Assembly: GCA_951406725.2 (NCBI GenBank)
Contig: OX597823.1
Coordinates: forward strand, 45,756,001 to 45,820,000
Reading direction: 5' to 3'
Source of the DNA: Octopus vulgaris
Lineage: Eukaryota
DNA length: 64,000 bases
Below the pieces are notes generated by a model. That model saw only the letters and a list, made by a program, of their open reading frames with translations, was not told where the DNA came from and made no database searches. The translations under genes and the position numbers were made by a program. This document shows, one piece after another, positions 55,397-64,000 of this stretch (within the stretch, counting starts at the first letter, position 1; the number at the start of each line of letters is the position of its first letter).

Positions 55397-55400
<4 letters not shown>
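53850..55400 (+). mobile_element. Penelope-like element 3' part (GIY-YIG endonuclease to ~54627, then 3'UTR/pLTR)
   Basis: RLPFALTYHP; GSFPCFYPRCHICP..FTCTSNNVIYCASCFLCPSLYIGQTER..EHLRDIR..SRHF; hammerhead-like ttgaatagcgtagactcgaaacgt at 55272. Confidence 0.85.
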
Positions 55401-55427
<27 letters not shown>

Positions 55428-55716
55428 CAGATCCCAACATAAAACACGCGCAGTTTGTGCACCCAGGTGTGACTTTGACGATGCGTTGTGTATTCTATGG
55501 GTAGTTGTGGATGTGTGCATAACTGAAAGCATAAATCCGTAACTACGTATATGTCAGTACACATTGTTGGTACATTGGTGTGCTATACCTGACTCTACTT
55601 TGCTTCCTTTGTTATTAAACACTTCCATTCTATTAGACCCTGAAAATAATTTATATATATATATATACATGTGTGTGGTGTGTGTGTTTGTGTGCCTGTA
55701 TATACATGATAATGAT

Positions 55717-55919
55717 ATTTTCTAACTATAGGCACAAAGCCTGAATTTGGTGGGTGACAAGTCAATTACATCGACCCCATTGCTGAACTTATTTTATCAA
55801 ACCCAAAATGATAAATGGTGAGGTCGACTTCGACGGATGCTGAACTCAGAAAATAATGGCAGATGAAATGCTGCTAAGCATTTTGTCCAGCGTACTAACG
55901 ATTCTGCTAGTTCACTGCC

Positions 55920-55920
<1 letters not shown>
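55717..55920 (-). mobile_element. SINE B1
   Basis: Core plus head, abutting (TAA)n. Confidence 0.75.
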
Positions 55921-55995
<75 letters not shown>

Positions 55996-55996
<1 letters not shown>

Positions 55997-56848
55997 CAGA
56001 GGGGTTTATCATAGCAGCTCAAGATCAATGCCTACCAACAAGAAACTACCAGGCCAACATATTACAGAACGGCAGTAGCCCAACATGTGTATGCCGACAA
56101 CAAAATGAAACCATTGATCATGTTGTCTCCAAATGCAGTCTTCTAGCGCCTACAGAGTACCTCAACAGGCATGATAGAGCTGCACAATATATTCACTGGG
56201 TAATTTGCAAAAACCTGGATTTGCCCCTTGAAAAAAACTGGTGGGAACACAATCCACCTCCAGGGCTTGAAAATGACCACATCTCACTCCGCTGGAACTT
56301 CACCATTCAAACTGACAGGAAGATAGATGCAAATAGGCCAGACATTATATTGAAAGACTTCAGACAAAGAACATGCCTCCTCATTGATATGACTGTCCCA
56401 ATCGATATAAACGTATCTGTCAAGACCTACCAAAAACTGAGCAAATATAAAGATCTTGAAATAGAAATCAACGAAATGTGGAAGCTGAAGACTAAAACAA
56501 TACCTGTTGTCATAGGTGCCCTGGGAATGATAGCGAAAGGGACTGATTGCTACCTAACTCAGATACCAGGAAACCCCAAAATGGCAGAAATTCAAAAGAT
56601 AGTGCTCATATCCTACGCAAAATACTCTCTATGTAATCCCAAGGTTTAAAACAAGCTTTTTATTTATTTATTTATTTTTTTTAAATTTTATTTTTATGTA
56701 TTAGACATTCACTAGTACAACAAAAAAAAAAAACAAAATAAAAAAAAAACAAATATATGGCACAGAACTTCCAACCTGTTATCTCTTGAAGTCTCTGGGT
56801 GAGACTTGGAGCCAACTTGTACAGATATAAAGCAAAAGTCAAACATAG
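55996..56848 (+). mobile_element. R4/Dong-like RLE non-LTR retrotransposon, 5'-truncated, in (TAA)n
   Basis: TEGFIIAAQDQCLPTRNY..C..C..ETIDHVVSKC..EYLNRHD; RPDIILKD..LIDMTVP..KLSKYKDLEIE; TAA repeats on both sides. Confidence 0.9.
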
Positions 56849-56897
56849 AATAATAATAATAATAATAATAATGATATTAATAATAATAATAATAATT

Positions 56898-57462
56898 AAG
56901 AGACGCCACAACAATATATTCAGGCTTGTCCATTGGACACTTTGCAACAATTATGGACTTGAAAGAGCAATTGGTACAACCACAAACCTGAAAGTATCAT
57001 CAAAAATAAAAAAATAAAAAGATCCTATGGGATTTTATGATTCAGTGCGACCATGAGATATAGAATAGGAAGCCAGCCATAGTCTTAATTGAGAAAGAAA
57101 ACAAACTATTCTGGATCATAGATCTAGAATGCCCAGCTGACAACAAGGTGTGCGATAAAGAAGAAAGAAAAGTTGAGAGATATGACAGTCTAGCTTAGGA
57201 GGTTAAGCAGTTGTGGTCGATGAAAAACGTAGTAGTAGCACCAATAATTGTCGGAGCCCTGGGAACAGTGAGCAAAAATCTCGAGAAGTACGTGGAACAA
57301 ATAGGGGCTGCAATAAGAGTGGAGCACTTGCAGAAAACTGCACTGCTTGGAACCACCCAAATACTCCGGAAGGTGCTCGAAAAATAAGAGGTGTTACCTT
57401 AGTTCACTGGTAGTGAACAGCTGACGCTGTAGTGCATCTCCAGCATTAGAAGCTGTGCAAAG
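56898..57462 (+). mobile_element. Second, divergent R4/Dong-like 3' fragment in the same (TAA)n
   Basis: RRHNNIFRLVHW..KILWDFMIQCDH..RKPAIV..IIDLECPAD..ERYDSLA*EVKQLW..PIIVGALG..LQKTALLGTTQILRKVL. Confidence 0.85.
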
Positions 57463-57480
57463 TAATAATAGTAATAATCA

Positions 57481-57510
57481 TAGCAGTAGTAGTAGTGGAG
57501 GTAGTAGTAA

Positions 57511-57594
<84 letters not shown>

Positions 57595-57632
57595 CAGGAG
57601 CAGCAGCAGCAGCAGGAGCAGCAGCAGGAGCA

Positions 57633-57709
<77 letters not shown>

Positions 57710-57718
57710 TGTTGTAGT
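57481..57718. repeat. (AGT)n/(AGC)n tract
   Basis: Direct reading. Confidence 0.95.
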
Positions 57719-58955
57719 GATAGCTATAATCCTATATGGTTGGCATAAATTTAATTTTGTTGACTAAAGTCAGATCAGGTGACTACTGAGTTGCTCTACG
57801 TAAAGATATGTAGTTTGACTTAGACCCCTGCATTTGAATAATTCTTTAAAGGAATTTTTTGATCTCGATTTAGTTCAAGAACTTAAAGCGTCAGAATGAG
57901 GGCTTTTATATATATGATGCTGAACTTTCCACAAAGCTCCACTTAATAATGTGCAGTATATCGCTGTCGTTTAGCTTCCAGATATGGCTTGAAAGCTTTG
58001 TGGCGTTCTTTTTGTGTACGCGCCTGAGAGAAGATTGATGGTTGAAACGTCTCATTTTAAAGACATGTTCGCACAGATCAGTGTATTTTTTTCTTTCGGT
58101 CCCTTTATCTTTTGGAAAATGATCTAACCCACCTAGCTAGGTCAAGTGGGCGAGATTCCTATTTAGAATCCTGAAGTTGTAACTACGCGATTTGACCGTC
58201 TCTCGCAACCGTAATTGTGCACTGAAGATTTACAAGCTCACTATTGACACTTACATTACTGTCATTCTCTGCTGTACACACTCATAATTAACAATATTCT
58301 GTTTTTTGTTTTGTTTTATATTGTGCATTTTGTTACACAAATCACACTGATTAAAGGGATGTAATTTAGCTTCAAGAACAGAAATAATCCACTTCTTAGA
58401 ATACTTCGTTTACTTTTTCAACGTCACTCCTACTAAGCAGCTATGATGCATCAGTCTCAATGATTGCCGAATCGTACATGCATGGACTATTTAAGCGCAG
58501 CTGAATATTGTACTTTTCGAGTATGAAACTTAAAGTAGCTCTCCCATAACTTATATATATATATATATATATATAGTAATACATGTGTGAAAAGGTTGAA
58601 TTAAATTTTGTCCTTTAATTTGGAGGAGTCCCCAAGAAGATTTCTAATACAGTTTCTTCATATTTTGCTGGTAGCTTACTCGCGTGAGTATGCGAATATG
58701 AAAATAATACTTGTATATGGTATGTTGTGAATCTATGGAAAGGAATCCCATAAACCTCAACAAGTTTGTTAAAAATTGAGAAGAGAAAATATTGAAATGT
58801 AAGAGAATTTTAATTCATGCAGACGATCGTTTCGAACAGCGATATAAAAAACATGCAAATTCATGGTTGAATAGAAATAATTAAGTTGATTAATTAAATT
58901 TAATTATATGTATATAATTTAATTATATGTATATAATTATATGTATATAACGCGT

Positions 58956-59294
58956 GAAGGGGCGTGGCTCAGTGGTTAGAGCGTCGAGCTTACGATCGTG
59001 AAGTTGTGAGCTCGAATCCCGGTCCGGGCTGCGTGTTGTGTTCTTGAGCAAAGCACTTTATTTTCACGTTGCTCCAGTTCACTCAGCTGTAGAAATGAGT
59101 TGCGACGTCACAGGTGCCAAGCTGTATCGACCTTTGTCTTTCCCTTGGATAACATCGGTGGCGTGGAGAGGGGAGGCTTGTATGCATGGGCGACTGCTGG
59201 TCTTCCATAAACAACCTTGCCCGGACTTGTGTCTAGGAGGGTAACTTTCTAGGTGCAATCCCATGGTCATTCATGACCGAAGGGGGTCTTTACC

Positions 59295-59298
<4 letters not shown>
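58956..59298 (+). mobile_element. SINE group C head/core with an alternative, RTE-like tail (C2)
   Basis: Head/core as at 3588 and 34041 up to aaatgagt, then unrelated sequence ending ccatggtc-attcat-gaccgaagg. Confidence 0.85.
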
Positions 59299-59350
<52 letters not shown>

Positions 59351-59387
59351 ATGAGATTACAAAATATATATAAATATATATATAAGT

Positions 59388-59579
59388 GAGATGACAAAGA
59401 CAAGCAATTATCTTATGAACTTCATTAGCTTACAGTGCCCGAGTGAAACCTTATAACTTCATCCAGGATGAAGCTATAAGGTTCGGGCACTTAACTATGA
59501 GTCTACACTGCATCTTATAGTAGAAACAGCGTAAGCTAGCGAAATTCCTAAGACAATTGCTTATTCTTTTGTCATCTCA
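59388..59579. repeat. Nested palindromic element
   Basis: Outer arms 59388-59433 / 59531-59579; inner hairpin agtgcccga..cttcatcc-a-ggatgaag..tcgggcact at 59434-59491. Confidence 0.85.
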
Positions 59580-59713
59580 TTTTCATTTTACCGCTCTGTA
59601 CTCGACTAACACTTTGTTCGGAAGCATATGTATTTTGAGTTCAATACCAGTTTAATAATATTGCAATGCCTAGGCGAAATACAGAAACACACACACACAC
59701 ATACACACACACA

Positions 59714-59755
<42 letters not shown>

Positions 59756-60609
59756 CACGCACAAACACACACAAACATACACACACATGCACACACACAT
59801 ATAACATGTGTATAAATAAATGTGCGTGTATCTGTGTATTTGTATGTATATACACATAAAACTTTTACCGTTTACTTATCAACATGTTTAATAACCTCTT
59901 CCTGTCATTTTGATATATAGTCATTCTTATAAGTTTCTATAAGCGCCAGTCGCGACTATGGAATTTTACAGTAAACGGCTTAAGTAAATACAAGACAGAC
60001 TTGGAATGTAGCTCTTATAGTTTAGTACATTTCCACTTGTATGCACGAATATGTGTGTGTATGTATGTGTGTGTCTGTGTGAGTGAGTCTCTGTGTGCCA
60101 TTCTGCATGTTTGAGTATGAGTGGGCTTTGAAGTTATATCCAGATTTCTCTTTCTATTTCGTTCTATTTCTAGATTCTCTTTTTTCCCAAACTACCAACT
60201 AGTTTGTTTGTATTCTTGTAGCTGTGATAATTATGTCGGTGGTTGGGGTGGTATTATTGATATTAATGGGGCTAGAGTTTCCGTGCAGTATGTACCACCG
60301 ATGAGAGACATGTGAATGGTAAAAATAATTACTTTGCCACAGTGGTCGTTTCCTCACAGATGTCTACACAACCTGTGTTACGGCTGTCAAAAACGACGTG
60401 ACCATCATTATTATTTGTTTTTTGTTAGAAATGGAAATGCATTTGACAATCGCCATTTTTACACTTTATTATAGTTCTACAAAATAGGTAATATACTTAT
60501 AGATGTTGTTACCATAATGCATGTAAGTACTAGTAAGTTATGAATGCATGTTCAAAATCCATTTATGTTGAAATTTTTAAAGACAAGCATATTTTCCTTC
60601 ACATAATTT

Positions 60610-60701
<92 letters not shown>

Positions 60702-60706
60702 CTATC

Positions 60707-61766
60707 GCGAGTGTCGCGTTGCTCTCAAGCAACTCTGCCGTCCTGGGTCGACCTTGAGTGACTTCAACACAACCAAAGCATTCTATAGGGGTTTAGTGGA
60801 GGGGAGGTACGACGACGAGCTCGGGGCGAACCTGGACGTCGACGAGGAGTACCTGACCCGCCTGTTCAGGACGACTTTCGGGCCAGGGCCCATGGACAAC
60901 TTCCAGAGATCCCTGGCCTGGCAGTGCTACCGAGAAGCGCTACCCGTTCGGGATAAGCTCTACAGACACGGCTCGAGAAACACGGGGCCGACCTGCCCGA
61001 GATGCGGTCAGAGCGACGAAACCGTTCTGCACGCACTCGTGCAGTGTCCAACAATTTCCGACCTATGGGCTTATGTCGAACAACTGCTGTCACGTGTGGG
61101 ACGAGTCGGTTTATCAGCTGAGTCTATCGTCAATATTGTCACGCCGCCTTCCTTCAAACGGGAAGGAAGAGCTATTTTCATCACCCTTGTGGCTATGGCG
61201 AAGGAATGTATCTGGTGGACGCGTCTGAAAGGATTGGAGACAAACACTTTCCTCTCTGGTCAATCTCTCATCAACTTCTTCAAGTACCACTTGAAAAGGA
61301 AAGTGAGAGTAGAGAGGCAAGTTTTGTCTAGCGAATGTTTTAAAAAAAGATGGGTGAATGTAGCAAGAATGGCACGTATGAATGACGAAGCCACCTTGAG
61401 CATAATCCTATGAACCCAGAAATTGATAACAGAGAGTTGCTTATTCGCAAAAAAAAAAAAAAAAAAAGGTGACTCCATTGACCGTGGTCTTTTCCGTAAG
61501 CTTTTCTTTCCACGGGTAAACCTCACCTGTCCTCCCCTTTACACTTCATATTGACATTTCTGTGATAACGATCCCTATTGATCAAATTTTTTTTTTCTTC
61601 TCCCCCTTTTTCTTTAACCCCCTTTTTTTTGTCCTCTTTCTCTCCTTTTACGATCCCTTTTGATCGAAACTCCCCCCTTCCTTTTTTTTTTAAACCTTCA
61701 AAAGAAAAGCTCTACCTTGTAATTTGTTCTATCTGTGTGCAGCCCTGTGTGGCTAATAAAGAAACA
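60707..61766 (+). mobile_element. Tx1/L1-clade LINE, 5'-truncated, in (TCTA)n; ORF2 C-terminus open to 61413
   Basis: zf-RVT/CCHC: LAWQCYREALPVRDKL..CPRCGQSDETVLHALVQCP..LW; pyrimidine-rich 3'UTR ending aataaagaaaca; 15-bp TSD. Confidence 0.9.
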
Positions 61767-61828
61767 TATCTATCTACTATCCAACTATCCATATATCGAT
61801 CTATCTATCTACTATCCAACTATCCATA

Positions 61829-61909
<81 letters not shown>

Positions 61910-61934
61910 GTCTATCTATCTATCTATCTATCTA

Positions 61935-63073
61935 GCTGCTTCCCGCAGCTCATCTCCATGACCGAACTGCAGTCGTGGATCAAAAAGAGGCAGAGGAAGA
62001 GTAAATGGCACCGCGAGTGTCGCGTTGCTCTCAAGCAACTATACCGCTCCGGGTTGACCTTGAGTGACTCCAACACAACCAAAGCATTCTAAAGAGGATT
62101 TGTGGAGCGGAGGTATGACGACGATCTTGGGGTGAACCTGGGCGTTGACGAGGAATACCTGACCCGCCTTTTTGAGACGACTTTCGGGCCGGGACCTATG
62201 GACAACATCCAGAGATCCCTGGCCTGGCAGTGCTACCGAGAAGCGCTACCCGTTCGGGATAAGCTCTATAGGCATAGTTCGAGAAGCATGAGGCCGACCT
62301 GCCCGAGATGCGGTCAGAGCGACGAAACCGTTCTGCACGCAATCGTACAGTGTCCAACAATCTCCGACCTGTGGACTTATGTCGAACGACTGCTGTCACG
62401 TGTGGGACGCGTCGGTTTATCAGCCGAGTATATCGTTAATATCGTCACGCCTCCTTCCTTCAAACGGAAGAAAGAGCTATTTTTACCATACTTGTGGCTA
62501 TGGCGAAAGAATGTATCTGGTGGACGTGCCTGAAAAGATTAGAGACAAACACTTTCCTCTCTGGTCAATCTCTCATCAACTTCTTCAATTATCACTTGAA
62601 AAGGAAAGTGAGAGTAGAGAGGCGAGTTTTGTCGAGTGAATGTTTTAAAAAAGATGAGTGAATGTAGCAAGGATGGCACGTATGAATGACGAAGCTACCT
62701 TGAGTATGATCCTATGGACGGTAAACATTTAATACAGAGAGTTACTTATTTTTAAAAAAAGATGTAACATGTGACTTCATTGACCGAGGTTACTGTGGTC
62801 TTTTCCGTAGGTTTTTCTTTCCACGGATAAACCTCACCTGTCTTCCCCTTTACACTTTATATAGACATTTCTGTGATAACGATCCGTATTGATCAATTTT
62901 TTCTTTTTCCTTTTATTTTTATCCCCCCCTTTTTTATCTTTTGCTTTCCTCTTTCTTTCCTTTTACGATCCTTTTTGATCGAAAACCAACCCCCCTTTTT
63001 TATCCCCAAAAGAAAAGCTCTACCTTCTAATTTGTCCCGTCTGTGTGCAGCCCTGTGTGGCCAATAAAGAAAC

Positions 63074-63074
<1 letters not shown>
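61935..63074 (+). mobile_element. Second Tx1/L1-clade copy (disrupted frame) in the same (TCTA)n
   Basis: Colinear with the first copy, ~80 bp longer at the 5' end, same 3' junction aataaagaaaca|tatctatct. Confidence 0.9.
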
Positions 63075-63142
<68 letters not shown>

Positions 63143-64000
63143 ATTCTGTCTATCTGTCTGTCTGTCTATGTATGTATGTATGTATGTATGTATGCATGAA
63201 TGTATGTATGTATGTATGTATGTATGAGTGTTCTGAGTGAGGCAGTAAAAATCAGAGAGGAGAAAATGTAAATATGATAACATAATCTCATAGTTTCCCC
63301 TTGCTATTAATTTACTAGAGCCATTTTATGCCAGAATATTGCTGGTATTCAAGAATTTTTTTTTTTACCAAACTAGACGTTACCGAGAGGCTATACTTAA
63401 TTTGAACTCAGAATCGTAAGTCACAAAGTACTTTAAAATATGCAATTCTGTGTTTTACTTCAACACCACATTTGTTTAAATAAAAAAACAGAAACTGAAA
63501 TAAAACATAAAAAGAACCTGATAAATGGAAAAGGAATGTTTTTTTGTAAAAGAAAAACAACAACAAAAAAACAGCAAAAACTTAAAAACAAACCACTACC
63601 AGGGAAAGTAGGAGACAAAGAAGTGATGTGTGCTGAAAACAGGAGAGAAAAGTAGGAAATACTGAGGGAAGAAAACAGAGAATTGAGGCGAGAAAGTAGT
63701 AAAAGAGGATATGAGAGAAAATGGGAAAGAAATACAAAATATTCGCTAATTGAATTAGTTTATACTTTTGCTGGCATAACAATTTAAAAACTAAAATATA
63801 AATATAACAAAATGTCTGGAAGTAAGTTTTCACTAATAATCTGTAATTAGCAACAAAGCTAGCAGTCTAATTAGTAGCATACATAACATATTGAATAAAC
63901 ACACGTCTATGGATCACTAATTAGTGACTATCAAATAACTGGCAAGCGACAGTGGCGGCAATCGGCTGTGTCCATGGCCAATGAATGGCGACAGACTAAG

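Noticed and set aside
58811-58835. Minus-strand GAAA-cgatcg-TC half hammerhead
   Set aside because: No CTGANGA upstream; at most a remnant.
60754-61413. Longest ORF (219 aa) as a host gene
   Set aside because: It is the truncated ORF2 C-terminus of a LINE, with a second decayed copy adjacent and no true start codon.
63940-64000. GC-rich window end with CCAAT as a promoter
   Set aside because: Truncated by the window edge; insufficient evidence.

Overview
AT-rich, microsatellite-dense eukaryotic DNA. The repeat landscape suggests an octopus-like cephalopod, but that is inference. Most ORFs in the supplied track are translations of (TA)n/(CA)n/(TCTA)n/(TATG)n tracts. One plausible host gene is present on the + strand: coding exons 38919-39294 and 42596-42921, about 233 aa, with an N-terminal coiled coil weakly like CCDC190. 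The rest is transposon-derived: four tRNA-headed SINE groups (working labels A-D), RTE, CR1/L2-group, Tx1/L1 and R4/Dong-type LINE fragments, two Penelope-like fragments, two Tc1 elements and a hAT MITE. Most notable: (1) a near-canonical type I hammerhead ribozyme next to a tRNA-like B-box inside a 314-bp repeat unit (retrozyme-like, 30134-30571); (2) Tx1-type LINEs inserted in (TCTA)n with a diagnostic 15-bp TSD; (3) SINEs with swapped 3' tails whose apparent LINE donors (Tx1, RTE) lie in the same window; (4) several palindromic elements with hammerhead remnants. All alignments were done by eye; no database searches were run.
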